This document shows positions 1 to 8,407 of a stretch of 64,000 bases of DNA, one piece after another. The notes under the pieces were generated by a model. It worked only from the letters and a program-made list of their open reading frames with translations, did not search any database and was not told the origin of the DNA. The first letter of the stretch is position 1. Each line of letters opens with the position of its first letter. The position numbers and the translations under genes were made by a program. The stretch is from an uncultured Victivallales bacterium (GTDB lineage Bacteria > Verrucomicrobiota > Lentisphaeria > Oligosphaerales > JABHEG01), in assembly GCA_964607765.1 (NCBI GenBank), contig CAZSNT010000012.1, forward strand, positions 22,194 through 86,193, written 5' to 3'.

Positions 1-1338
1 GGTTCCCTCGCGGTTGTCGCGCAGGTCGTGGGCTCGCAGCACGGCCTTTTCCTGCGCGTCCGCGCCGATGGACAAGGGGATGTCGTCGTCCATCTGTGCG
101 GAACAGAGCGTCCACCACTCGTCGTACGCGGCCTGCAGCTCGGCCACCAACGCGGGGTGCTGCGCCGCGACGTCTTCTTCCTGGCTCGGGTCGTCGGCGA
201 GGTCGTAGAGCTCGGTACGGTTCACCAGGCGCCAGCTGTCTTTCATGACGCAGCTCAGGCGCCATTTCAGCGGGTGCGGCACGCGCTGCGTGTCCGTGGT
301 GATGATGCGTTCGGACCAGCGTGCATCCACATCACCTTCGAGGAGCGGGCGCAGGCTTTCACCGTGGAACGCGCGTTCCGCGGGCACGTCCACACCGCAC
401 AGGTCGAGAAGGGTCGGCATGAAATCCACGTAGCTGGTGAGCTGCTCGATGCTGCGCGCGGTCGAGAGTCCGCCGTCGGGCCAGCGAATCAGGAACGGCA
501 CGCGGTGCCCGCCGTCGTAGGGGCTGCCCTTCATGCCCCTCATGTCGGCGTTGTACATCTCACCCGGCTTCACACCCCCGATTCCGGTCTGGCCGTTGTC
601 GCTCATGAAGATGAGGATGGTGTTGTCCTCCAGGTCGAGTGCCCGGAGCTTGTCACGGAGCCGTCCGAAGTTCTCGTCGATGTTCGTGATCATGCCGAGG
701 AAGCGCGCGTATCCTTCGTTGGACGTGTGTCCGGTGTAGAGATCACGGTAGTGCGGTTCCACATTGAAGGGGCCGTGCGGCGCATTGGTGGAGATATAGC
801 AGAAGAACGGCGTGTCCCGGTTCGCTTCGATGAAGGCCAGGGCCTCGCGGAAGAAGACATCCGTGCAGTAGCCCTCGTAGGGCTCGGATTCGCCGTCGAC
901 CATGTACGTGTCATCGAAATAGTCGTTGCCCCAGTGGTCCGGCTGCTGGCTGATTCCGCCGCCGCCGTGGCACACCACGCGCTGGAAGCCGCGGTCCTGC
1001 GGCCGGTACGGGTACTCGTCGCCCAGGTGCCACTTGCCGAACAGCCCGGTCCGGTAGCCCGCTTCGCTGAGCGCGTCGGCGAGCGACCATTCATCGCGCC
1101 GCAGCAGCGAACGTCCGCCGATCGTGTGCCACACACCCGTGGAGTTGCAGTAGTGCCCCGTCATCAGCCCGGAACGTGTAGGCGCGCAGGTCGTGCCGGT
1201 GTGGAACTGCTCGAAACGCACGGACTCGCCGTGGAATGTGTCCAGGTGCGGGGTCTGGATGAAGGGATGCCCGTGCGCGCCCATCGGTGGGTAGCCTTGG
1301 TCGTCGGTGAGCACGAAAACAATGTTGGGTCTTGACAT
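1..1338 (-). CDS. Cys-type sulfatase, partial (C-terminus lies beyond the window start)
   Basis: The minus-strand frame is open from position 1 up to ATG at 1336-1338, with GGAGG 4 nt upstream. The N-terminus MSRPNIVFVLTDDQGY...HTGTTCAPTRSGLMTGHY carries the sulfatase CxPxR signature. It is missing from the ORF track only because its stop is outside the window. Plus-strand ORF 28..1335 is its antisense shadow. No signal peptide. Confidence 0.85.
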   Translation of the reverse strand, partial: MSRPNIVFVLTDDQGYPPMGAHGHPFIQTPHLDTFHGESVRFEQFHTGTTCAPTRSGLMTGHYCNSTGVWHTIGGRSLLRRDEWSLADALSEAGYRTGLFGKWHLGDEYPYRPQDRGFQRVVCHGGGGISQQPDHWGNDYFDDTYMVDGESEPYEGYCTDVFFREALAFIEANRDTPFFCYISTNAPHGPFNVEPHYRDLYTGHTSNEGYARFLGMITNIDENFGRLRDKLRALDLEDNTILIFMSDNGQTGIGGVKPGEMYNADMRGMKGSPYDGGHRVPFLIRWPDGGLSTARSIEQLTSYVDFMPTLLDLCGVDVPAERAFHGESLRPLLEGDVDARWSERIITTDTQRVPHPLKWRLSCVMKDSWRLVNRTELYDLADDPSQEEDVAAQHPALVAELQAAYDEWWTLCSAQMDDDIPLSIGADAQEKAVLRAHDLRDNREGT

Positions 1339-1354
1339 GGTGCCTCCGTTCGGT

Positions 1355-1386
1355 GTCGTCACAAACCCGGCCCGCGCGGGCCAGGG
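1355..1386 (-). terminator. Possible intrinsic terminator downstream of the ATPase gene
   Basis: Perfect 14-nt palindrome GGCCCGCGCGGGCC (1369-1382) with flanking CCC/GGG extension. On the minus strand it is followed by GGGTTTGTG. It lies about 110 nt after the stop at 1491. The U-tract is weak. Confidence 0.3.
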
Positions 1387-1490
1387 AAGCCCGGGGCCAG
1401 GGCAGAAGGTACGTAGCCTGCCGCTAATGTAGTGTGGCAAGACGAGGTTGCGCGACCAGTGGGATCAGGCGTAGGCGGAGTCTGGCCGGC

Positions 1491-2792
1491 CTAGCGGAGC
1501 AAGGGGTTGACCAGGCCGATGGCATAGAGCGGCACATTCGTGAGGAATTCCTGCTGCCGGTAGTCTGACATCGAGGTGCGAAGGGCGATTCTGGGAGAGT
1601 ACTTGGCGCAGTAAGATCTCAGGCTCTTGGCCTGCAGGTTCTCAGCTGCTTTCACCTCCAGCGGGAAAACGTCTCTGCCACGCTGGAAGACGAAGTCGAC
1701 TTCGGCACTGCCCCTTTCGCTTGACCAGTAACACGGCTCAATCCCAGCGTCGGCACGGAGCTGCTGCAGAACGTATTGCTCTGCCAGAGCGCCCTTGAAC
1801 TCTTCGAAAATCCGGTTTCCGTCGAGGATGGACTGCTGGTCAAGTCCGCTCATCGCAGCCAGCAAGCCTACGTCAAACATGAACATCTTGAAGCCACTGC
1901 CCGCATACGCCGACAGCGGCATTGCTGGTTTGGAGATGCGCGGCACGCGGCAGACCAACCCGGAGTCCTGAAGCCACTGGATAGCCAGCTCGAAGTCCTT
2001 GGCTCGGGCGCCCTTGCGAAGGGAGCCGTACAGGAACTTGCGGTTCTCTTTGGCCAACTGCGACGGGATCGAGTTCCAGACCATTCGGAGACGCGGTACG
2101 AGCGCAATAGGAGCGTGCTTTGAGAAATCTTGGTCGTACGCAGCCAGCAGACGAACCTGAATGTCACGCACCGTCGAATGGTCATGCCATTCAGCAAAAG
2201 ACGACACGACTTCGGGCATGCCGCCGGTGAAGAAGTAGTTTCTCAGCAACTCCGCATACCTGCTCTTGATCGCCGCAACCAATTCCCACGCGTCTTCTGC
2301 CATGAGTTCATGCAGGTCCTCATTGCCCGTGGCGACGAGGAACTCCGTAAAACTCATGGGATGCAGGTCCATGAATTCGACCTTGCCCACGGGGAAACTG
2401 CTCCCTCTGTGCATGGCAACCCCCAACAAGGAGCCCGCGGAGACAATGGCGTACTCGGGGGCTTGTTCGTCGAAGTACTTCAGAGAAGCGAGGGCTTGGG
2501 GGGCCTCCTGTATCTCATCGAGAATGATCAGCGTGTTGTGCGGCGAGATCGACACGCGCGACTCTATCTGCAACGCGGCTATCAGTCGGGCAATGTCAAA
2601 GTCACCTTCAAAAACTCGCTGCATTCGCTGGTTGTTGTCAAAGTTGACGTAAGCCACCTGCTCAAAGTGGGTCCTGCCAAACTCCTGCATCAGCCAAGTC
2701 TTGCCGACCTGCCTCGCTCCACGCACGATCATTGGCTTGCGTGCGGCGCTGTCTTTCCAGCGCACGAGTCTGTGCATCGCATGTCGCTTCAT
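1491..2792 (-). CDS. AAA+ ATPase of the AAA_14/DUF4143 (COG1373) type
   Basis: ORF 1491..2834. Walker A GARQVGKTW near the N-terminus, and the length and sequence pattern fit DUF4143-type ATPases. The likely start is ATG at 2790-2792 (AAGGAGG about 7 nt upstream) rather than the GTG at 2834. The gene looks less GC-rich than its neighbours (by eye). Confidence 0.75.
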   Translation of the reverse strand: MKRHAMHRLVRWKDSAARKPMIVRGARQVGKTWLMQEFGRTHFEQVAYVNFDNNQRMQRVFEGDFDIARLIAALQIESRVSISPHNTLIILDEIQEAPQALASLKYFDEQAPEYAIVSAGSLLGVAMHRGSSFPVGKVEFMDLHPMSFTEFLVATGNEDLHELMAEDAWELVAAIKSRYAELLRNYFFTGGMPEVVSSFAEWHDHSTVRDIQVRLLAAYDQDFSKHAPIALVPRLRMVWNSIPSQLAKENRKFLYGSLRKGARAKDFELAIQWLQDSGLVCRVPRISKPAMPLSAYAGSGFKMFMFDVGLLAAMSGLDQQSILDGNRIFEEFKGALAEQYVLQQLRADAGIEPCYWSSERGSAEVDFVFQRGRDVFPLEVKAAENLQAKSLRSYCAKYSPRIALRTSMSDYRQQEFLTNVPLYAIGLVNPLLR

Positions 2793-3155
2793 ACGCATGC
2801 CTCCTTTCAGCCGCTCAACAATAGCCCTCGCCACGGCGGTGAGCGATGGGCACTCGCCCTGTCATCCGCTACCGTCGCCAATATCGTCAATCCGATTGCT
2901 ATCATACATAGAATTGCATCTCCAATACAAATATTCAAACGACATTGTGTGCGCGAAGCGCATTTATCCAAGGAAGTTCATGGCCGTTCGCGCCGGAGCG
3001 CGCCTGCAGGGAGGGACGTTTCCTATCACGAAACCGACCTGTCTGAACACGTCGAAGTAATGCACGTGATCGCCTTCGCGGTAGGCCAGCTCGCCGGTTG
3101 CGGGGTCCGCAATGAGGAACGACTTGTCTGGTCATCTACCGGGCTGTCTTGTGCT

Positions 3156-6100
3156 TCAGAACACGCGGCCGAAGGCGCGCTCCTGGGCGATGGCGACGCC
3201 ACCGGGCATGTCGATGCGGGGGGTCTGATCCAGGGACGCCTTGGCTTCCTGCAGGATCGCCAGAAGCGTTTTGTAGCCCTGTTCTTCTTTGCTGGGGAAG
3301 AAAACGTCCGTGCCGGTCGCGCGCCCGCCGGCCGCCTTGGCCAGCAGGTTCAGGAGAATGGGGCTCGACTCCGGTCGGGTAAGGTTGATCTGGCCGCGCG
3401 GGTCGAACTTGTTGGGCCCGCCGTGCGAGATTCCGGGGATTCGCTTCCCGCTTTTGGCCGCGAAGTCGTTGTACGTCTTGACCCACGGCTGGAACGCGGT
3501 CAGGCGTCGGCCGCCTCCCTGTCCCGCGAAGACGGGGCCCTTGCCCGGCAGCGTTCGTGCGTAAGCATCGCGTCCGCCGATGGTGTGCGGGCGGCTCATG
3601 TCCCAGGTGCCGTAGTAGGGGACGTTTGCGTCGATCCAAGCGTAGACGGCGCGGCGGCCCGCGTCGTCTACATTCACCTTGCCGTGCCCCGATTCCAGGA
3701 TCTTCGTCAGCTTGCTGACCATCGATCCGGTCTTCAAGGCCGGGAACACGCCGTTCGGGCCGTGGTTGATGTAGTAGAAGTCCACCAGCCCGTCGTACGT
3801 AAGCGTCTCGTAGCTCAGGCTGTAGAAGCGCGTTCGGTCCCCGGTCAGGTCCTTGCCTTTGGGAGCCTTCGCGCCGGAGTGACACCGGATGCAGTACCTG
3901 TCCAGGACCGGTTGAACATGCCGCACGTAGTCGACCGGGCCCGCACCCCATGACGGCGGTGTGATCCTGTCCGGTGGCCGGGACATACGGTTCACGCTCT
4001 GCTCACTCACCCGCGGCGGCGTCATGCGATCTTCGTGGCAACCGATGCACGAGGCCCTCTCGCCCGTGGTGATCTGCGTGACCGTTCCCATCCGCTGGAC
4101 TTCCCTGCCCTGCGCGTCCAGTGCGATGAAGTAGAGCTCCGTGTTCGAGGGCGCTTCGAAATAGGCCGAGCCGTTCTCATCGACCGGGACCGTGCCATGG
4201 TTGTGTTTGACGTAGTAGGTGCCCTGGCCGATGAGCGGGTAGTGGTCGCGAAAACGGAAGCCTTCCGTGTTGTACTTCTTCGGGCTCTGCGACATGATCC
4301 GCAGCCGCCTGACAGTTCCGCGCTTCACGCCCTGCTGCAGAAGTCCCTGGTAGACATCCTGTACGTAAAACGTGCCCGTTCCGGCTTCCTGCGGGCAGTC
4401 CCCGGGGATGGGGTCGGGCCTGGACCGCGGCACGATCGGGACCGGGCTGAAGCAGGAGGCGTCCGTTTTGTAGAGGAGCGCAGTCTTGCCGCTGGCATGG
4501 TCGAGCAGGTAGAGGTGGTGCCGCGTCTTGTCCTGGCCGCCGAATGAGACGACGGAGAGTGCTTCAGTGATCGGGAACGGGTCCGCGAAGGCCCGGCGGT
4601 AGTAGCGATCCGCCGGTCGGTTCCCGATGCCGGTCTTGCGCCAGTGCTCGCCGTCGGCCAGGTCCTTCTGAACCGGGGTAACGTGGGTGATTTTCCACAT
4701 GCTGTCCCAGGTCTCGAGCCCCTTGCCGCGATCGACAATGGCCAGGTCGCCGACCGGCGGGTGGTGGTGCGCCGCCCATGTCGTGATCGTCGTGCGCGTT
4801 CCCGGGATCTCACGGGCACCGTAGACGGCGTTCGGGATGCGGAAGGTGTTGCCGTGATAGAGCTTGAGCTGTCGCCCGTCCGGGTTGATCGTCCACAGGC
4901 CCTGCCAGCCGAAGATGTTCTTGTCCTGGTACTCCCAGCGTGTGCAGAGGATCGAGCCGTCCTGCAGGATTGACGGGCTCAACGTGCAGAGCGTGGTGAA
5001 GTCGATCCGACGCAGGTCGCTCCCATCGCCGCGCATGATGTGCAACGCACAAGCGAGGTAGTTCTGGCACAGCGAATAGGACTCAACTCGCGACGAAGTG
5101 AACACGATCCGGCCATCCGGGTAGTAGACGGGGCTCACGTCATGATAGGGCCCCCGCGTCAACTGCCGCAGCCCGGTACCGTCGGCCCCGATCTCCCAGA
5201 TGTGGAACGGTTCATCGTTCTTCGTCTTGTGCGAGAAGACCAGTTTCCTGCCGTCATACGACGGGTTCATGTCGAAGACGAACCCTTCGCCCGTTTCGAA
5301 GATCGTCTTTGCGCCCTGTGCCGGCTTGGCGGGGTCGTACGTGCAGATGGCCGAGCCCTTGCCGGTGCGGTGCGCGAACATCACGGCATTCGTGCCGCGC
5401 ATCCCGTAATCGGCGCGCCGGATGAAGGCGAGGGGAGGGCACGCTTCGAGCATGGCGGCAGCCTTCTCGGCGGACGCCGCCGTGCCTCCCGGGGACGCTG
5501 CCTTCGCCTCAGCGCCCTGCTCGAACGAGGGGTTCGGCAGGAGATTGGTCGGGTCCGGGACAGCCGGGGCAGACGCGTCCTGCCGGTTTCCTTGCGGCAG
5601 CCGATCGCTCTCCCGCAACTCACGGAGCCGCGGGCTGCTGTAGATGGCGGAGGTGTTCCAGGTTCCCAGGCCGATGCCGCCAGCTCTGAACGTCTTGTCG
5701 CGGAAATCGTGGATCAGTGTGCCGTCGAGCCAGCACCGGAAGTGGTCCCCCTGCACGGCCACACGGAGCAGGTAGTCGCGCCCTGTCTCTACCTGGCCGG
5801 GAATCCTGCAGAGAATAGCGTTGCCTTTGCTGCCCTTCTTCTCGATCGCGTGCCCGGTGTTCCGCCACCCGGCAACGTTCCACCAGTAGAAGCTGTTCGT
5901 GTCCTGGGCGCGGAAGATGACCAGAAAGCCCTCCTTGCCGCCCGTCTTACGGGCAGTAACCTCGAACACGTAGTCGCGCAAGGCGAACATGGGAGCAAAC
6001 GTGCGGCAGTTCGTGGTGATTTCAGTCTGCTCGTAGCGCCCGTCTTGCCGAAGCGCCCACGTCCCTGCCGCGCTCTGCCAGCCCGTCCAGGGGATCTCGG

Positions 6101-7244
6101 TCAACTCCGGACTCGCGGCTGGCTGCGCTGTTTTGGGGGCCGGCAGGGGGGGAGGGGACGGCTTACGGGCCGGGCCCTTCCCCGCAAACAGACCTGCCAC
6201 AGAGACGCAGAACCCAACGCCCTCGGCCGGCGACGTGTCATCTTTCGCGCCGATCTCGCCGCCGCCGTAGAAGCCGAAAAGCGGCGTGTCGGGGGCGAGC
6301 TGGCGCATCACGTCGTGTTCCTGCGCGAGGACTTTCTGTTTGACCAGTTGCCCACGGCGTCCGCCACAGTCGAACACGAGGCCCAGGAAGGGCGTTGCCG
6401 TTCCCGCGCCGCACACGGTCTGGAATGCCTCACGCGCTTTGCCGACCAGGTCGCCCTGGCCGCCGCGCGTCGCGGTTCTCACGTGGAAGTCACCCGTTAC
6501 GAGAACGGCGATGTTCGTTGCCGTGACGATTCTGCCGCGAACAATTTCCTTCGCGTTGGCGTGGCCCGCCGCCGCGCCGGCGATCCGCGTGGTATCGCCG
6601 AGGACCTTGCGGAGTCCGCGAACGAGCTCGGCATTCGGCTTGCCGACGTGCTGGTCGCCAAAGGTGAAGATGACGTGCCCGGCGTCCGGCGAGAGCTTCG
6701 GTCTGAGGGCCTCCCCCAGCTCACGGCCGCAACGCGCGTGGCCCGCCTCGCCCTTGGCATCTGCGGCGGCAACGGTGATCGCGGCGTCGCCGCCGAGCGC
6801 CAGAACGGCAACGGCATTCCGAGCCGTGTGGCCCTGATCGGCGAAGTTGCCGGTTGTGGTCAGCGGCGAGTACCCTTCGCAACCGTAGATCAGGTCGCGC
6901 GGGAAGATGGCAGCCAACCCGTCAACGAGGGCGGGAACGAGCTGACGGCGGGCGGCAAACACTATGACGAGTTTGGGCGCCGTGCCCCCCAAAGCGGCTC
7001 GAGCCTGCTCGGCTGCAGCCGTGCCTGCCCTCGCCGGATCGGGCTCCGAGGAGGATCCGACGCCGACCCGGAGCGGGGCGGCGGATGCCAGGGCGGCAAG
7101 AAACGACAGGCAGAGAGCCAGCCTCCCCCGTAGCGCCGGTCTCCGGCCGGCGTCTTTCCGGGCGTCTGCGACCAGATCCCGGGCCGTACCGGAAACACGC
7201 CCGTCAGAGACGTGAGCGACGTTCGAGGCAGCATGCCGCTTCAT
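3156..7244 (-). CDS. Exported multidomain protein: FIST-like + lectin-like (DUF1080/ConA-type) + PD40/HzsA-like beta-propeller + two CxxCH motifs
   Basis: ORF 3156..7586. The first 114 codons overlap the upstream gene and read as GC noise. ATG at 7242-7244 overlaps that gene's TGA (ATGA). Signal-like h-region LALCLSFLAALASAAP. FIST-like block ending LFGFYGGGEIG, then a Pro-rich linker. Lectin-like block WALRQDG...FYWWNVAGW...GDHFRCWLDG. Propeller block FHIWEIGADGTGLRQLT...YYPDGRIVFTSSR. CIGCH at 4035-4049 and CIRCH at 3879-3893. Confidence 0.7.
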   Translation of the reverse strand: MKRHAASNVAHVSDGRVSGTARDLVADARKDAGRRPALRGRLALCLSFLAALASAAPLRVGVGSSSEPDPARAGTAAAEQARAALGGTAPKLVIVFAARRQLVPALVDGLAAIFPRDLIYGCEGYSPLTTTGNFADQGHTARNAVAVLALGGDAAITVAAADAKGEAGHARCGRELGEALRPKLSPDAGHVIFTFGDQHVGKPNAELVRGLRKVLGDTTRIAGAAAGHANAKEIVRGRIVTATNIAVLVTGDFHVRTATRGGQGDLVGKAREAFQTVCGAGTATPFLGLVFDCGGRRGQLVKQKVLAQEHDVMRQLAPDTPLFGFYGGGEIGAKDDTSPAEGVGFCVSVAGLFAGKGPARKPSPPPLPAPKTAQPAASPELTEIPWTGWQSAAGTWALRQDGRYEQTEITTNCRTFAPMFALRDYVFEVTARKTGGKEGFLVIFRAQDTNSFYWWNVAGWRNTGHAIEKKGSKGNAILCRIPGQVETGRDYLLRVAVQGDHFRCWLDGTLIHDFRDKTFRAGGIGLGTWNTSAIYSSPRLRELRESDRLPQGNRQDASAPAVPDPTNLLPNPSFEQGAEAKAASPGGTAASAEKAAAMLEACPPLAFIRRADYGMRGTNAVMFAHRTGKGSAICTYDPAKPAQGAKTIFETGEGFVFDMNPSYDGRKLVFSHKTKNDEPFHIWEIGADGTGLRQLTRGPYHDVSPVYYPDGRIVFTSSRVESYSLCQNYLACALHIMRGDGSDLRRIDFTTLCTLSPSILQDGSILCTRWEYQDKNIFGWQGLWTINPDGRQLKLYHGNTFRIPNAVYGAREIPGTRTTITTWAAHHHPPVGDLAIVDRGKGLETWDSMWKITHVTPVQKDLADGEHWRKTGIGNRPADRYYRRAFADPFPITEALSVVSFGGQDKTRHHLYLLDHASGKTALLYKTDASCFSPVPIVPRSRPDPIPGDCPQEAGTGTFYVQDVYQGLLQQGVKRGTVRRLRIMSQSPKKYNTEGFRFRDHYPLIGQGTYYVKHNHGTVPVDENGSAYFEAPSNTELYFIALDAQGREVQRMGTVTQITTGERASCIGCHEDRMTPPRVSEQSVNRMSRPPDRITPPSWGAGPVDYVRHVQPVLDRYCIRCHSGAKAPKGKDLTGDRTRFYSLSYETLTYDGLVDFYYINHGPNGVFPALKTGSMVSKLTKILESGHGKVNVDDAGRRAVYAWIDANVPYYGTWDMSRPHTIGGRDAYARTLPGKGPVFAGQGGGRRLTAFQPWVKTYNDFAAKSGKRIPGISHGGPNKFDPRGQINLTRPESSPILLNLLAKAAGGRATGTDVFFPSKEEQGYKTLLAILQEAKASLDQTPRIDMPGGVAIAQERAFGRVF

Positions 7245-8407
7245 CAATACGGTCCTCTGATATGGGCGCGGATTTCGTTGGTGTAGAGCCCTTCGGGGAA
7301 CAACAGCGGCCCGCTTGCGGCCCGGCGACTGATCGCCGGAGACATCTCCGGCCGGGACGTGAGCCACGGCACGACCTGCTCCAACCAGGCCTCGGCGTGT
7401 GCGCGCAGGCCGGTGCCGCTGAAGTGAACACCCGCGCCGTTCGCTTCGCGACAGCTGCCCTGGAGCCGATCCGTGTCCGGGCCCGGGAGCGCGATGCCGT
7501 CCTGCCAGAGCGCTGCCTGCGCGGCGCGGATGTCCGGGTCCGCCTGGTCGTCCGGGCCGTGGTAGCTGACCTGGGCCACAAACCACGGCGCGTCCCAGCC
7601 GGTTTCGGCGCGGGAATCGGCGATGATCCTGGCCAAATATGCCTGGTACAGGCTCCCGGACAACGTGCGGCTTGGATCAACCTGGTTTGCGTCGCTTTCG
7701 CCCTGGTGCCAGAGCACGGCGCGGAACCCATCGGGGCCAAGCTGCTTCGTCCGGGCAACGAACTCCGCGTAGATTCGCCCCTTGCTTTCCCAGCTGCCGC
7801 CCTCGAGCCGCCGCACATTCGTCTCCACGGTCGGGGGATTCGGGAACGTGGCGCCTGCGGGCAGCCATTCCCGCACACTCGAGCCGCCCTGTCCGCAGGC
7901 GATAAACCCGACCGGGACACCGAAGTGTTCGGCGATCCCGTCGCCGAACGGCGGCAGGAAGCTCCCGCCGCCGCCGCTGGCGCCGGGTTGCGGGTCATCC
8001 GCAAGGCGCCAGGCAGTGCCGTCAAACGAGCTCACGCGCCGTGTTGTCGTGTTCTGGAGGACTTCGCCATGGTTGGCGGCGTTCGACTGCCCGGCCACCA
8101 CGAAGACCTCGCCGACACCGACATGTTCCACTGCCGCCGTTGCGATCGGTTCGCCACTCTCGTCAAAAGCACGCACTTCGAACCGGTACCAGCCGCCGGC
8201 GGGAGTCGCTACGTGCGCCGAGAAACTGTCGCCGTTCCAGCGTGCGTCCAGCGGCTGCCATCCGCCGTGGATGCCGTTGCCGCTGAGTCGGGCCTCAAGA
8301 GCTCTCACCGGGCCGCTGTCGGTCACGCTGCCACAGACCGGGAGCAATGCGTGATCCTCTGCCGTGCGCTGCAGTACCTGGTAGTCGAGGGGGAGACACA
8401 ACATCAT
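7244..8407 (-). CDS. SASA-family (sialate O-acetylesterase-like, DUF303) carbohydrate esterase
   Basis: 387-aa ORF with the GQSNAANHG and WHQGESDAN motifs typical of the SASA/SGNH-like esterase family. The start ATG (8405-8407) overlaps the TGA of the upstream gene, and its own TGA overlaps the downstream ATG. Confidence 0.75.
   Translation of the reverse strand: MMLCLPLDYQVLQRTAEDHALLPVCGSVTDSGPVRALEARLSGNGIHGGWQPLDARWNGDSFSAHVATPAGGWYRFEVRAFDESGEPIATAAVEHVGVGEVFVVAGQSNAANHGEVLQNTTTRRVSSFDGTAWRLADDPQPGASGGGGSFLPPFGDGIAEHFGVPVGFIACGQGGSSVREWLPAGATFPNPPTVETNVRRLEGGSWESKGRIYAEFVARTKQLGPDGFRAVLWHQGESDANQVDPSRTLSGSLYQAYLARIIADSRAETGWDAPWFVAQVSYHGPDDQADPDIRAAQAALWQDGIALPGPDTDRLQGSCREANGAGVHFSGTGLRAHAEAWLEQVVPWLTSRPEMSPAISRRAASGPLLFPEGLYTNEIRAHIRGPY

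Noticed and set aside
28-1335. 435-aa plus-strand ORF covering the first 1.3 kb
   Set aside because: Its Arg/Val/Gly-rich sequence has no motif. The opposite strand encodes a textbook sulfatase N-terminus with RBS and CxPxR. This is a typical antisense shadow ORF of GC-rich DNA.
2935-3135. 66-aa Arg-rich minus-strand ORF upstream of the ATPase
   Set aside because: The sequence is almost pure Arg/Pro/Gly noise. A different frame of the same DNA looks more protein-like but lacks a start codon; that frame is reported in the findings as a possible remnant.
5040-7133. Long antisense ORFs in the track (this one, and also 2130..3953, 15455..17401, 18448..20037, 20119..21120, 26788..28962, 32776..34155, 51210..53138 and 58098..60560)
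   Set aside because: Each lies entirely opposite a gene with clear family motifs. Their translations are low-complexity and R/G/A/V-rich, without recognisable domains. They are high-GC shadow frames.
7245-7586. 114-codon N-terminal extension of ORF 3156..7586
   Set aside because: It overlaps the 3' end of the SASA esterase gene and reads as Pro/Arg/Gly noise. An ATG with ATGA coupling and a signal-like sequence follows at 7244. Similar noisy extensions were trimmed for 38057..39640, 56117..57937, 42267..43994, 29634..33020 and 21746..24271.
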